In this document: positions 39,201-48,385 of the stretch, in pieces | Layout: every line of letters begins with the position of its first letter | Position numbering within the stretch: the stretch's first letter is position 1 | The notes under the pieces: generated by a model | The model's database searches: none | What the model saw: the letters and a program-made list of their open reading frames with translations, nothing else | What the model was told of the DNA's origin: nothing | DNA from: a virus | Length of the DNA stretch: 64,000 nt | Virus record (IMG/VR): IMGVR_UViG_3300034190_001539 | Location: 1-64,000 of that record | Strand: one strand, 5' to 3' | Translations under genes and position numbers: made by a program

Positions 39201-41392
39201 CCAGTTCCTCCTGTTCCACCAGTTTGTCCAGTTCCTCCTGTACCACCAGTTCCAGTTCCACCAGTTCCGCCAGTAGCACCAGTTGCTCCAGTTTGTCCAG
39301 TTCCGCCAGTTCCGCCTGTCTCTCCATTACCGCCAGTACCACCAGTTCCAGTACCACCAGTTCCACCAGTTTGACCTGTTCCGCCAGTACCACCAGTTCC
39401 CTGACCACCAGTTCCGCCTGTTCCACCTGTATCTCCTACACCACCAGTACCACCAGTTCCAGTACCACCAGTTCCACCAGTTGCTCCAGTTGCTCCAGTT
39501 TGACCTGTTCCACCAGTACCACCAGTTGCTGTGCTAGCTGCTCCAGTACCACCAGTTCCACCAGTGCCAGTTCCACCAGTTCCGCCAGTACCACCAGTTG
39601 TTCCATCACCGCCAGTTCCTCCTGTAGAACCTACACCACCAGTTCCGCCAGTAACTCCTATACCACCAGTTCCGCCAGTACCTGTTCCGCCTGTTCCGCC
39701 AGTAGCACCAGTAGCTCCTGTTTGACCAGTTCCACCAGTTCCACCAGTTTCACCTGTTCCGCCTGTTCCGCCTGTTACTCCATCTCCACCTGTTCCACCA
39801 GTAACACCTATACCACCAGTTCCACCTGTGCCAGTTCCACCAGTTCCGCCTGTTTGACCAGTTCCACCTGTTCCTCCAGTTCCTTGTCCACCAGTTCCAC
39901 CAGTTGCTCCAGTTTGTCCAGTTCCGCCAGTTCCACCAGTACCTGTACCACCAGTTCCACCTGTTGCACCTGCTCCACCAGTACCACCAGTTCCAGTTCC
40001 GCCAGTTCCGCCTGTCTGCCCAGTTCCGCCTGTTCCACCAGTTTGACCTGTACCACCAGTTCCGCCTGTTTCGCCTGTTCCACCAGTTCCACCTGTGCCA
40101 GTTCCACCAGTTCCGCCTGTTTGACCAGTTCCACCTGTTCCACCAGTAACACCTATACCACCAGTACCACCAGTTCCTTGACCACCAGTACCACCTGTGT
40201 GACCTGTTCCACCAGTTCCTCCAGTTCCAGTTCCGCCAGTTCCTCCAGTTTCGCCTGTAGCACCTGTTTGTCCAGTTGCTCCAGTAGCACCTGTTTGTCC
40301 AGTTCCACCAGTTCCGCCTGTTTGACCTGTGCCACCAGTACCGCCAGTTCCTTGTCCACCAGTTCCACCAGTTCCACCTGTAACACCTACACCACCAGTT
40401 CCACCTGTGCCAGTTCCGCCAGTTCCACCAGTAGCACCTACACCACCAGTTCCGCCTGTCTGCCCAGTACCACCAGTTCCGCCTGTTTCACCTGTTCCAC
40501 CAGTACCACCAGTTCCAGTTCCACCTGTTCCACCAGTTGCTCCAGTTGCTCCAGTTTGACCTGTACCGCCAGTTCCACCTGTCTGTCCAGTTCCACCAGT
40601 TCCGCCTGTAGCACCTACACCACCAGTTCCGCCAGTTCCAGTTCCGCCAGTTCCACCAGTAGCACCAGTTGCTCCAGTAGCGCCTGTTTGTCCAGTTCCA
40701 CCTGTTCCGCCTGTCTGTCCAGTTCCACCTGTACCACCAGTACCAGTTCCACCAGTACCACCTGTTCCGCCTGTTGCTCCAGTAGCACCTGTTTGCCCAG
40801 TTCCACCAGTTCCGCCTGTCTGTCCAGTTCCACCAGTACCACCAGTACCAGTTCCGCCTGTTCCACCTGTTCCACCAGTAGCACCTACACCACCTGTTCC
40901 GCCAGTTTCACCTGTTCCACCAGTACCACCAGTACCAGTTCCACCAGTTCCACCAGTTGCTCCAGTAGCACCTGTTTGTCCAGTTCCGCCTGTTCCACCA
41001 GTAGCACCTATACCACCAGTTCCACCAGTTCCAGTTCCACCAGTTCCACCTGTTCCGCCTGTTGCTCCATCACCACCAGTTCCGCCAGTAGCACCTTCAC
41101 CACCAGTTCCACCAGTAGCACCAGTAGCGCCAGTAGCGCCAGTAGCACCAGTTGCTCCAGTAGCTCCAGTTTGACCAGTTCCACCAGTTCCACCAGTTCC
41201 TACTGTATAATCTTCACCATTTATTTGTAAAACACCAAATGAACCAGTTGATATTGCTGAACCACTAATATTACCAGCTACTGATATATAACCAAAAGAA
41301 CCCGATGTTTCGGATGAACCACTAATATTACCTTTCTTAACGATAATATCGTGATTAAATACATTTTTACCTATGTATTTGGGATTAGACAT
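33278..41392 (-). CDS. Giant Gly-X-Thr repeat fibre with C-terminal peptidase S74 intramolecular chaperone
   Basis: 2704 aa with two GXT blocks; C-terminal YYSDTRLKD...[15 protein letters not shown]...[19 protein letters not shown]. Confidence 0.9.
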   Translation of the reverse strand: MSNPKYIGKNVFNHDIIVKKGNISGSSETSGSFGYISVAGNISGSAISTGSFGVLQINGEDYTVGTGGTGGTGQTGATGATGATGATGATGATGGTGGEGATGGTGGDGATGGTGGTGGTGTGGTGGIGATGGTGGTGQTGATGATGGTGGTGTGGTGGTGETGGTGGVGATGGTGGTGGTGTGGTGGTGQTGGTGGTGQTGATGATGGTGGTGGTGTGGTGGTGQTGGTGGTGQTGATGATGATGGTGGTGTGGTGGVGATGGTGGTGQTGGTGGTGQTGATGATGGTGGTGTGGTGGTGETGGTGGTGQTGGTGGVGATGGTGGTGTGGTGGVGVTGGTGGTGGQGTGGTGGTGQTGGTGGTGQTGATGATGQTGATGETGGTGGTGTGGTGGTGHTGGTGGQGTGGTGGIGVTGGTGGTGQTGGTGGTGTGGTGGTGETGGTGGTGQTGGTGGTGQTGGTGGTGTGGTGGAGATGGTGGTGTGGTGGTGQTGATGGTGGQGTGGTGGTGQTGGTGGTGTGGTGGIGVTGGTGGDGVTGGTGGTGETGGTGGTGQTGATGATGGTGGTGTGGTGGIGVTGGTGGVGSTGGTGGDGTTGGTGGTGGTGTGGTGGTGAASTATGGTGGTGQTGATGATGGTGGTGTGGTGGVGDTGGTGGTGGQGTGGTGGTGQTGGTGGTGTGGTGGNGETGGTGGTGQTGATGATGGTGGTGTGGTGGTGQTGGTGGTGQTGATGATGGTGGTGGTGTGGTGGVGVTGGTGGTGQTGGTGGTGETGGTGGTGTGGTGGTGAASTATGGTGGTGETGATGGTGGTGGTGTGGTGGTGQTGGTGGTGTGGTGGVGATGGTGGIGATGGTGGTGQTGGTGGTGTGGTGGIGAQGATGGTGGTGQTGATGATGGTGGTGTGGTGGTGAASTATGGTGGTGETGGTGGTGQTGGTGGTGQTGATGGTGGTGTGGTGGVGVTGGTGGTGQTGETGATGATGGTGGTGTGGTGGIGAQGATGGTGGTGQTGATGGTGGTGGTGTGGTGGTGQTGGTGGTGQTGATGATGATGGTGGTGTGGTGGTGQTGGTGGTGQTGGTGGTGHTGGTGGTGTGGTGGTGAASTATGGTGGTGETGGTGGTGQTGGTGGTGQTGATGATGGTGGTGTGGTGGIGATGGTGGTGQTGATGGTGGTGQTGGTGGFMAIANDGENRILTADGDGSGTAESNFTIDGTFLSGSFESTGSFGRTEGTSFSYVFDANGSLVYDNDQLVYRNGGNDKFKVDNSQMTTEVVNTGQLKLGGENKVRFDETSVSFVISQNDGGMQDTFILTKEGNLELPLGNISGSVTSTGSFGRLESSKARVEDKLEVFQKMSIFGGHSSNIENTAALSIYSDNKTAIHIDHDDYDTPAVYIDTTNSGDKALEIYSNAAATANPLVSVIAENASMDNELIHLRQDGNNGAITITNNGTGDGIVYTGGQHAISGSSTSTGSFGLLQIDGVDYTVGTGGTGGTGQTGATGGTGGTGQTGATGGTGGVGATGGTGGVGATGGTGGIGATGGTGGTGHTGGTGGTGTGGTGGTGAASTATGGTGGTGQTGATGGTGGTGTGGTGGTGQTGGTGGTGQTGATGATGATGGTGGTGTGGTGGVGATGGTGGVGATGGTGGTGHTGGTGGTGTGGTGGIGTQGATGGTGGTGQTGATGATGGTGGTGTGGTGGIGTQGATGGTGGTGQTGATGATGGTGGTGTGGTGGVGATGGTGGVGATGGTGGTGHTGGTGGTGTGGTGGIGAQGATGGTGGTGQTGATGGTGGTGGTGTGGTGGTGAQGATGGTGGTGGTGQTGATGGTGGTGTGGTGGIGAQGATGGTGGTGQTGATGGTGGTGGTGTGGTGGTGAASTATGGTGGTGQTGGTGGTGQTGGTGGTGQTGATGGTGGTGTGGTGGTGAQGATGGTGGTGGTGQTGATGGTGGTGTGGTGGIGAQGATGGTGGTGQTGGTGGTGGTGQTGATGGTGGTGGTGAASTATGGTGGTGGTGQTGGTGGTGTGGTGGTGQTGGTGGQGNTGGTGGTGHTGGTGGTGTGGTGGTGQTGGTGGVGATGGTGGTGGTGGTGGTGTGGTGGTGQTGATGATGHTGGTGGTGGTGGTGTGGTGGTGQTGATGATGATGGTGQTGGTGGIGAQGITGGTGGIGAQGITGGTGGTGTGGTGGTGQTGATGATGATGGTGHTGGTGGTGTGGTGGTGETGGTGGTGQTGATGGTGGTGGTGGTGTGGTGGTGATGGTGGTGGTGQTGATGGTGGTGTGGTGGTGATGGTGGTGAQGAQGATGGTGGNAGITSYTNQTNNRVITSVDSSTINAEANMTFDGTILSVSATNAELKIASSGHNAQNGGIHVNGQTMTIGDTQDSDAINNVTIKAIGERVHFAEDQSRFSGAPVEFGVDDTGIDVTFFGATSARKMIWDESQDHLKFYDNTKLVFGTGAAVASFDASLVWDGTDFILTGPLDITGDFSAATVATHHFQMKPWAASTARYLAFTTDDHNTTDYLMLYDTTDGHTFVSAKNGGTLFLNGGGNSTQRIAIYDGDSTARIDVTTTNFTVTGDVTAYYSDTRLKDRIKIGIDNPINKIKDIEVFTYKNNDLAKSFGFEHDDIQIGVSAQSVQKVLPEVVHIAPFDLDKDGNSKSGEDYLTVKYEKIVPLLIESIKDQQKQIDELRRELEALK
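34440..36920 (-). repeat. Gly-X-Thr repeat block 2 (about 825 codons)
   Basis: Degenerate 9-bp units (ccaccagtt / ccgcctgtt on the + strand); far more GC-rich than the flanks. Confidence 0.95.
37830..41200 (-). repeat. Gly-X-Thr repeat block 1 (about 1,120 codons)
   Basis: Same degenerate 9-bp units as block 2. Confidence 0.95.
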
Positions 41393-41393
41393 A

Positions 41394-41717
41394 TTATGTC
41401 ATTTCCAATATACTTGCAAAGGCTTCTAAATCACCTGTAGCTGATGCAATTGCTTTCAATATATCACCAGCTTCTAAATTAATTGGTTTCTCTATTACCA
41501 AAGTTGAATCTGCTGGCACATCTACTGTTTTCATTATATGAAATGTAGTACCAGCGCTTGAATCTGTTACAGTAATATCTACTGTGGCATCGTTAGTTCC
41601 ATCTATATTGCTAATATAAATTGCGTGAATAATTCCAGTTGTATTTGCTGGAGCAGTATAAATAGTTGTAGCACTATCACCAATTGCTACGCCTGCATTT
41701 TTAAAAGTATTAGCCAT
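41394..41717 (-). CDS. Small virion structural protein (MANTFKN type)
   Basis: 107-aa beta-rich ORF with GGAGG SD, directly upstream of the fibre gene. Confidence 0.7.
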   Translation of the reverse strand: MANTFKNAGVAIGDSATTIYTAPANTTGIIHAIYISNIDGTNDATVDITVTDSSAGTTFHIMKTVDVPADSTLVIEKPINLEAGDILKAIASATGDLEAFASILEMT

Positions 41718-41719
41718 TA

Positions 41720-41965
41720 TTATCCTCCAAAGACTATAGCCATCGCCGTAGCGTGGTCAATTACAGATGAACCTTGTTCAAAGATTCTTCCCTCAGCATT
41801 AATGTCAGCACCAGCTTTTAGTGTTCCAAATGAACCTGTAGATGTAGAAGAACCAGACACCAAAGCAAAAGATCCAGTAGATGTAGAATCGCCTACAAAG
41901 CTACCTGAAATCGTAAATGAACCAGTCAGTTTTGGATTTAGTTGTTTACTTCGTTGTAAAGCCAT
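41720..41965 (-). CDS. Small fibre-associated protein rich in SGS/TGS
   Basis: 81 aa; shares the SGSxxSTGSFG motif with the fibre; ends in AMAIVFGG. Confidence 0.65.
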   Translation of the reverse strand: MALQRSKQLNPKLTGSFTISGSFVGDSTSTGSFALVSGSSTSTGSFGTLKAGADINAEGRIFEQGSSVIDHATAMAIVFGG

Positions 41966-42221
41966 ATCTTTTCTCTTCTTTTACACTCTCCCAATGACTT
42001 TTCATTGAGCGAGAAATTCTTTTTTTATGCTCTAAAGACTTAGGTTGTTTCATTTTCTCTATAGTCTCTAAAGAAATCTTTCTGTCCATCTGTGCACAAG
42101 ATTTACATGCACTATTATTACCAACTGCTCTGTCAAAAGCATCTTTTCTTGAGTATGTCAGCATCTTTTTACAAGATGGACACTTTCTATTTTTTCTATC
42201 TTCCCAATGCCTTTTTCTCAT
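41946..42221 (-). CDS. Small Zn-finger plus NUMOD3-like DNA-binding protein (homing endonuclease-related, no nuclease domain visible)
   Basis: CPSC...CKSC, then SLETIEKM and SLEHKKRISRS. Confidence 0.6.
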   Translation of the reverse strand: MRKRHWEDRKNRKCPSCKKMLTYSRKDAFDRAVGNNSACKSCAQMDRKISLETIEKMKQPKSLEHKKRISRSMKSHWESVKEEKRYGFTTK

Positions 42222-42259
42222 AGTAATAAATATAAAGAAATAGTAAAAGAAAGGTGGAA

Positions 42260-43801
42260 CTACGAATTAAATTTTCCTTGCGCTATTATTTCATCATCAT
42301 CTTCTAAATCATAACCTATACTGGTTGTATTAACTATTAGGTGAAATGTAGAGCCTGCTTGTTGTATCGTAAGAGCATCATGTTCCATATACTGACCATT
42401 TATAAAAAATACAAAGTCTTGTTCATTAGTGGCAGTAAGTCCAGTTGGAGCAGAAGCTGTTACAGCAGTAAAACTAGCAGTTGATGGTGCTGAAATAGAG
42501 TTAGCTTTTTTAACAAATTGTTTTCTCAAATAAGAGTTAGTATCACCTGTGGTTACTCCATCCACCGATAGAGATCCAGAAATATTTACACTACCTGTAA
42601 ATTGGTGCGTATCGTCTATTGTGTCACCAAATATAGTAGAACCACTTGATTGCATAACAGACATAGAAACAATGGATGATGATACTATATAATTTTCTGC
42701 AAAAATATCACCTTTAACAACCCAATCAGTATTTACTTCAGCTTTACCATCATCTCTTTGTTTTATTTCAAATGATGTTGCTCCAATATGAATTGCATTT
42801 GAAGCACTAACATTATTAAACTGAACTGTGCTTGTAGTTCCTACTTCTTGCCCAATAGAAAAGGTAAATTCTTTTTCCTGTGTTCCATCAAATTTTCCCT
42901 CACCGCCTATGCTGACTCCAGTTCCAGCTATTACCTGAAATGATTTATCCAAAGTACCACCAGCAGCACCTTGTTGTACGGATATTTTTACATCTTTAGT
43001 CTTACTGTCTCCAACTAAGTTGGTTAGATTTACACTTACATCATCTCCTATTAAAATTCTTTTTGGTGTTAGTGTTTTTTGAGTTGTAAGAACTCTATTA
43101 AATTCTTCAGGTATTAAATAACCATTTAAAGTAACTGAAAAGTTTGTTCTAATCAGTCTTTCAGAATTTACAGAAACTTCACTAGCATCTGTATAATTAT
43201 CTATTGTTGTTCTGAATTTAAATTTTCCATCTTCTCCCCAATAAGAACCCTCACTCCAAATAATCTTTTCTACAATCTTATTCATTTGTTCTGTGTAGGT
43301 TGTCCATATAACAAAATCATAAGTCACACTAACATAATCAGGCACACCTACTGTGTATAATTCATTAACTTTATTTAAACCTTGTTGTACGGAAAATTTA
43401 TCATAACGATTTTTTTCAGAATATTTTCTTTGGAATGTATAAAATAGTTTAGGGTCTTTAGGATCTAATTTATCAACAGACATATTAGTATCTTTTTCAA
43501 TAGATGTTCTTTTAAAAGCAATTAATGGTATTATTAATTGTTTTTTATTATCTACTAAATAACCATTTTTTTGTACCATAGCCCATCTTTCAGGATTAGA
43601 ATACATAAGAGGAACTTTAATAGATTCTCCATTTTCCTCAACCATTGGTTGGATTGTATTATTAAAGTAAAACATAATAGCTGCATCAATATCCATCAAC
43701 CCAACTGATATTTGTTTTACTGTATCGTCATCTCTCGACCTTAATCTACCACGATTTAATTTTTTCCTAGCAGAGCGAGGTATTGGTTTTTCACGAGCCA
43801 T
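42260..43801 (-). CDS. Tail completion/terminator protein (gp15-like) with C-terminal fibre-like extension
   Basis: IKVPLMYSNPERW, PLIAFKR, VPDYVSVTY, QMNKIVE; C-terminal SGSTIFGDTIDDTHQFTGS module. Confidence 0.65.
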   Translation of the reverse strand: MAREKPIPRSARKKLNRGRLRSRDDDTVKQISVGLMDIDAAIMFYFNNTIQPMVEENGESIKVPLMYSNPERWAMVQKNGYLVDNKKQLIIPLIAFKRTSIEKDTNMSVDKLDPKDPKLFYTFQRKYSEKNRYDKFSVQQGLNKVNELYTVGVPDYVSVTYDFVIWTTYTEQMNKIVEKIIWSEGSYWGEDGKFKFRTTIDNYTDASEVSVNSERLIRTNFSVTLNGYLIPEEFNRVLTTQKTLTPKRILIGDDVSVNLTNLVGDSKTKDVKISVQQGAAGGTLDKSFQVIAGTGVSIGGEGKFDGTQEKEFTFSIGQEVGTTSTVQFNNVSASNAIHIGATSFEIKQRDDGKAEVNTDWVVKGDIFAENYIVSSSIVSMSVMQSSGSTIFGDTIDDTHQFTGSVNISGSLSVDGVTTGDTNSYLRKQFVKKANSISAPSTASFTAVTASAPTGLTATNEQDFVFFINGQYMEHDALTIQQAGSTFHLIVNTTSIGYDLEDDDEIIAQGKFNS

Positions 43802-44289
43802 TAAATACTCCTAATTCTTTCTATCTGTATAGAACTCTTTCTGATTAAGAAAGTGTTTGCTATAACCGAATAGTTTTGGTCAAATTGTCCACCTATTAAC
43901 TGATTCTCATTTATAGTACCAACCTCAAAATACCCATAGTTCCAATCTATTAAATCGCCTATCTCTAATACCATTGAAGCATCTATAAAAGATTGTCGTA
44001 AGAATGAAAATGTTGCTGTCTGTCCAGCATCAGGTCCAAATTCTTCTTGATTAAAATCAAAATCTTCAGCATCTATTAATGCATTCATTTGTACACCATT
44101 CTTATATACCTTCTTACCACCAGCAGCTTCACCATACATATTGGTTACAGACTCCTGAAGTGATGGTTTGTATACAATACATTCTTGATTTATAATACCA
44201 TCTTTGTTATTCTGTTTATCCCCAACCAACTCACGTGTAACTCTTGTAATTAAGTTCACATCAGATTGAGGTAAAAATCTACCAGCCAT
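43801..44289 (-). CDS. Head completion/neck protein (gp14-like)
   Basis: TNMYGEA, FG.D, LEIGDLIDWN..YFEV; follows the gp13-like gene. Confidence 0.65.
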   Translation of the reverse strand: MAGRFLPQSDVNLITRVTRELVGDKQNNKDGIINQECIVYKPSLQESVTNMYGEAAGGKKVYKNGVQMNALIDAEDFDFNQEEFGPDAGQTATFSFLRQSFIDASMVLEIGDLIDWNYGYFEVGTINENQLIGGQFDQNYSVIANTFLIRKSSIQIERIRSI

Positions 44290-44293
44290 ATGA

Positions 44294-45460
44294 TTATCCT
44301 ATATATATTGGATAAGGAACTTTAGCCAACTTTTCTTGTAGATATTCAGCTTCATCTTTATCAGCTTCTAAAAGAGCTTTTCTACTTGTTTGGTCTAACA
44401 TTTCCCTAAGTTGAGTTACTAATATCTCCTTTTCAGTAGACGCCTCTGTTCGTAAGGTGTCTCCATCTAATGTTGTTTCAGCACCAGGTATTGGAAGTGA
44501 AGCATATTTACTTCTTATTGTTCCCAATAATTCTTTACAAAGAGCTAATCCATATTTCTTAATCCACTGTTTACCAACTTCGTTAATATTCGCAAAAGTC
44601 ATATTGTCAAAAGGAGCGTTTGAAAAATCTGTTATTACACCATCCGATTTTCCTTGCAGTGTATTATTTCTATCTTGCTTTACCAAATATCTAAAATGAA
44701 GTTTATATTCGCTTGTAGGATTTGGAAAAATTCTAAGTTTATTATTAACCAATTCAAATGAGTAAGCAGATTTTCTTATCTGGTCATTGAACTCAATAGC
44801 TTGAACCTTTAATAAATCAGCATACATCGGCATCATCATAAACTGAACGGCTGGTGAGTTGTTGCCCCAACCAAAAGAATCTAACATATTGTAACTACCA
44901 TCACCTGTACCAGCATAAGGATCGAAATATCTAGTAACTGCCGGAGAAGCCTCATAAAATACTTTTCTAATCTCTATGGCATTACCACTTTCAGATGGTT
45001 GTGCCCAAAGAGCGTCTAAATCATAAACTTGCGAACCACTTGATACTGCTATAGAACCACTTTTAAAATCTACTGTACCACCGACACCTGCTTCTGTTCC
45101 GTATTGTTCAGCTAACTGAATACTTCTACCAATAGTGGGTGTTAGTTTTCTGTGTGTTAAATCTGTTTTTGTAGCACCAGAGCCTGTATTTTGTCCTTGT
45201 AGTGCCAACATATTATCCCTAATATTAAACTGATTTACTTGCGCACTGTATTCTGTGATAGCTTCTTCATAACAAGCATAAAATTGTTCTTTCTGTAATT
45301 CAACTGCTATTATGGGAAAGCCTAATCTTTTAGCTGCCCAATCTGAAAATTTATCCACATTATGATTACTAGATCCCGAAAAGTCTGTATCTGTATCGTA
45401 AAATCCATATGGAGTATCACCAGTTGAAAATGAACTACTACCTGGCCAAATTGCTTCCAT
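44294..45460 (-). CDS. Neck protein (gp13-like)
   Basis: RLGFPIIAVEL, WIKKYGLALCKELLG.IRSKY, LDGD; directly downstream of the capsid gene. Confidence 0.8.
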   Translation of the reverse strand: MEAIWPGSSSFSTGDTPYGFYDTDTDFSGSSNHNVDKFSDWAAKRLGFPIIAVELQKEQFYACYEEAITEYSAQVNQFNIRDNMLALQGQNTGSGATKTDLTHRKLTPTIGRSIQLAEQYGTEAGVGGTVDFKSGSIAVSSGSQVYDLDALWAQPSESGNAIEIRKVFYEASPAVTRYFDPYAGTGDGSYNMLDSFGWGNNSPAVQFMMMPMYADLLKVQAIEFNDQIRKSAYSFELVNNKLRIFPNPTSEYKLHFRYLVKQDRNNTLQGKSDGVITDFSNAPFDNMTFANINEVGKQWIKKYGLALCKELLGTIRSKYASLPIPGAETTLDGDTLRTEASTEKEILVTQLREMLDQTSRKALLEADKDEAEYLQEKLAKVPYPIYIG

Positions 45461-45512
45461 TATATTCTCCTAAAAAAAGGTGTATTTATTCATTAATAAA
45501 TATACAAGGCAC

Positions 45513-45544
45513 AAAAAAAGGGTGAGAAATCTCCCACCCTTTTT
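45513..45544 (-). terminator. Intrinsic terminator after major capsid gene
   Basis: AAAAAGGGTG...CACCCTTTTTTT hairpin with U-tract. Confidence 0.85.
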
Positions 45545-45566
45545 AAGTAGATTAATTGATATTCAA

Positions 45567-47189
45567 TTAAACTTGATCGATGTCGGTTACAACAACTTTT
45601 CCGTAGAATTCTGGACGAACCATCTTCTTAGCGTAACGAGTCATCACACCTTTACGTGGAGTAAAGTTTTGAGGATCGTATACTAACGGAGTCATAATCA
45701 TCGGTACATATGGAGCATATACAGCACCAGTTTCTAAGAAATTGCTTCCTCTGAAACCAATAAGTATAGAATTATCCAACATGTAAGGATTCTTATAAAC
45801 AGTATATCTGTTATTGATTGAACCAACAGCTTCAACACCCATAGCATAAGTTTTACCTTCTGCATTACCAGTATTAGCAATATATCCGCTAACTGATTCT
45901 AAGATTGTAGCAGTTTCAGGTGAAACAACAACAAAATTAGCACCACCACGAAGTGTTTTCTGATGGATAGCATTAGAAACAGATTGTATCTTAATACCTA
46001 ATGTTTGAAACCATTGAGATTTCGTATAAGCATTAGAAGCACCACTTATTTGTGAAAAAGCAGGTGCACCTGTTCCAGAACCATCATACTCATAGCCAAC
46101 TTTAGCTGACCAGTATGCTGTCTTAGCAGAAGCATTAGCTTTTAACATATCAAGGATTTCTAAATCGATTTCCATTGCGATGTACTCACTTAACATAGCA
46201 GTTAGTTCAGCTTCGGCATCAACAGAATGATAAGCATTAAGATCCTGAGCAAGCTCTGGTGTCCATACAGCTTTTAACTTTCTTGTTTTAGCAACGATAG
46301 CTTCACTTCTTAACTGAATGTCTACTTCTGGAATCTCAAGATCATCAGCAGATGATGGTCCAGGTGTAGTAAACGAGCTCTGTTCAAAATCACCACGTTG
46401 AGTAGCAATTGGAGCTTCGTGATACTTAACACCAAAAAGTTGTCCATCAGCAGGTGTAATCTTAGCAAAGAAACTAGCAGTAGTTACATTATTGACATCA
46501 TCAACTACACTATAAGCTGGATAAACAGCTGTTACTCCAGAACCACTAAGTTCCCAAGCACGTATGCCATTGTAGTCAGGTCTAGTAAATAAACCAGCAC
46601 CAACTGATACTTTTAAAAGTGTTCCATCAGCAACAGAAGCACTTAAATCAGGCTCAAAGTCTACATCTTTCCATGTAGCAGAACCAGTAGTCATACCAAG
46701 TGGCGTAATACCTTCAGCTTTTTTATCGTTGATTGAATATCCAAATTTGCCTGCACCATACAAACCACCACTAGCATCGCCAGAACCTGAAGTATTACCA
46801 AATACATCAGAATTTTGATCGATTTGTGAGGAAGCAGAACCATATTTGAAGTCCAAAAAGAAAATCAGACCTGATGGTAGATTCATCGGTTGTACACTAA
46901 CAAACTCTTGTGCTGACAATTCACCAAAGATTCTACGAACCAATGGTAATGCAACACCAGACCACTCTTCTCTATCACCACCAGTACCTGTCGCTGAAGC
47001 TTCTTTAATAAGCTGCGTTGCCTGGTTTTCTAAAAGAACAGCCATTCCCTGTTTCTTAGTGGAGTCATCGATTTCATCTAACAATCCGGTCGGTTCCCAT
47101 TTGTCGACCAGTTTCCTAGTCTGTTTGAGAAGCTCTTTGTGTGGGTTGTGCCCAGTCATCAAAGAGTTTAGATTATCAAAGTTTGACAT
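45567..47189 (-). CDS. gp23: Major capsid protein (T4 gp23-like)
   Basis: KW...GLL, LLENQ, LPLVRR, VQPMNLPSGLIF, AKTRKLKAVWTPELAQDLNAYH, DAEAELT, YAPYVP, GVMTRY. Confidence 0.97.
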   Translation of the reverse strand: MSNFDNLNSLMTGHNPHKELLKQTRKLVDKWEPTGLLDEIDDSTKKQGMAVLLENQATQLIKEASATGTGGDREEWSGVALPLVRRIFGELSAQEFVSVQPMNLPSGLIFFLDFKYGSASSQIDQNSDVFGNTSGSGDASGGLYGAGKFGYSINDKKAEGITPLGMTTGSATWKDVDFEPDLSASVADGTLLKVSVGAGLFTRPDYNGIRAWELSGSGVTAVYPAYSVVDDVNNVTTASFFAKITPADGQLFGVKYHEAPIATQRGDFEQSSFTTPGPSSADDLEIPEVDIQLRSEAIVAKTRKLKAVWTPELAQDLNAYHSVDAEAELTAMLSEYIAMEIDLEILDMLKANASAKTAYWSAKVGYEYDGSGTGAPAFSQISGASNAYTKSQWFQTLGIKIQSVSNAIHQKTLRGGANFVVVSPETATILESVSGYIANTGNAEGKTYAMGVEAVGSINNRYTVYKNPYMLDNSILIGFRGSNFLETGAVYAPYVPMIMTPLVYDPQNFTPRKGVMTRYAKKMVRPEFYGKVVVTDIDQV

Positions 47190-47203
47190 TATATGTCTCC
47201 CAA

Positions 47204-48262
47204 TTATATAAGGTTAGCTAACTTCTTAAACCTGTCTCTCAAATCTGAACTTTCAGTTATTACTTTCTTTTCAGATTTGGTAGACGCTATTGGTTTAGAT
47301 GCGCTTCCCTTATGTTCATTTATTTCATTTTTTCTAGCACCAAAAGATTCACCAAGTGTAGAATACACTAACTTGACTTCTCTAAGGTTACTAGCTCTAT
47401 CGAATTGCTCAACGACTTTCATCTTCTGTTCATTGTTCAAACCATGCTTTCTGAATAGTTTGTTTGTGAATAAAAGTTTAGCATTTAGCAAGTTGACTTC
47501 ATTTAGCTTTCCACGAAGTGTTTCGATTACGGAACGATGTTCTTCAAGATCAGATTTTAGTTCGGAAACTTCGTCTTTCTTTTCATCTTCATCTTCTTCC
47601 TCAGAAAGTGCTTTAAGTACTTCGTCAAGATCGATGTCCTCATCCATCTCATCTTCGTCTTTATCTTCACCTTCTTTTAACTTCGCTTTTCCGTCACTTC
47701 CGACTCCAGATGAATCATTGGCTTTTTTATTGACTTTATTGTCACCATTACCAATATCAGAGGAAACGTCATTTTCATCCATTTCTTCTTTTTCATCTTT
47801 ATCTTCACCTTCTTCAAGCTCAGACTCTAACTCTTTAATTACAGATTCTAAATCAAGATCTTCTTCCATATCTTCATCATCATCTTTAGCGATTTCATCC
47901 ATTTCATCTTCATCTTCTTCTTCAGATACTACAGGTGCATATTTAACACCATCGATTTCGATTATTTTGGTTTCATCCACATCAGACGGATCTTCATCAG
48001 CATCATCAGAAGGATCTTCGTCATCTTCTTTGTATGATATTTCATCAACATCATCATCAGAAGGATCTTCGTCATCTTCTTTGTATGAGATTTCATCTAC
48101 ATCTTTCTCATCTTCATCTTCCATTTCTGTTTGAATCTTCTGAGATAGCATGTTCTGCAATCTTGGAGTGAAAGCCTCTTCTAAAGCCATCTTTGCGTTT
48201 TCTAAAGCAGTCTCACGAACAGCTTTTGCGTCAGCAATTGCTTCTTTTAAGAGATCATCCAT
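47204..48262 (-). CDS. Prohead core scaffold protein (gp22-like)
   Basis: Highly acidic and coiled-coil; immediately upstream of the capsid gene; ends RFKKLANLI. Confidence 0.85.
   Translation of the reverse strand: MDDLLKEAIADAKAVRETALENAKMALEEAFTPRLQNMLSQKIQTEMEDEDEKDVDEISYKEDDEDPSDDDVDEISYKEDDEDPSDDADEDPSDVDETKIIEIDGVKYAPVVSEEEDEDEMDEIAKDDDEDMEEDLDLESVIKELESELEEGEDKDEKEEMDENDVSSDIGNGDNKVNKKANDSSGVGSDGKAKLKEGEDKDEDEMDEDIDLDEVLKALSEEEDEDEKKDEVSELKSDLEEHRSVIETLRGKLNEVNLLNAKLLFTNKLFRKHGLNNEQKMKVVEQFDRASNLREVKLVYSTLGESFGARKNEINEHKGSASKPIASTKSEKKVITESSDLRDRFKKLANLI
48001..48102 (-). repeat. 51-bp near-perfect tandem duplication in scaffold (DVDEISYKEDDEDPSDD x2)
   Basis: Copies start at 48001 and 48052. 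Confidence 0.9.
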
Positions 48263-48378
48263 TATTATTCTCCTATTTAGGATTTAGTATAGTTATTGGG
48301 AACTATAATAGAATTATTATATTTCGGTTACACCGTATACGATAGGAACGGTGTGTTTAGTTTTGATATATATAAATA
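48263..48378 (-). promoter_or_regulatory. Promoter motif plus structured 5' leader of the scaffold-capsid operon
   Basis: TATTTATA at 48371-48378; stems ACACCGT/ACGGTGT (48330-48354) and TATAGTT/AACTATA (48288-48307); SD AGGAG at about 48270-48274. Confidence 0.65.
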
Positions 48379-48385
48379 TAAAAAG

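Noticed and set aside
34429-41193. Alternative-frame minus-strand ORFs rich in [11 protein letters not shown]
   Set aside because: Off-frame readings of GGTGGAACT units, broken by frequent stops; the main frame is uninterrupted and ends in an S74 domain.
34440-41200. Possible CRISPR array or DNA-level satellite
   Set aside because: No constant repeat with unique spacers; variation is concentrated at synonymous positions, so it is a coding repeat.
34466-41230. Long + strand ORFs (828 aa and 1127 aa Ser/Thr/Cys-rich; Pro-Val-rich ORFs)
   Set aside because: Antisense shadows of the Gly-Thr codon repeat, which lacks stops in those frames; no SD or domain content, and opposite to all other genes.
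47193-48134. 313-aa Ser-rich + strand ORF
   Set aside because: Antisense shadow of the Asp/Glu-rich scaffold gene.
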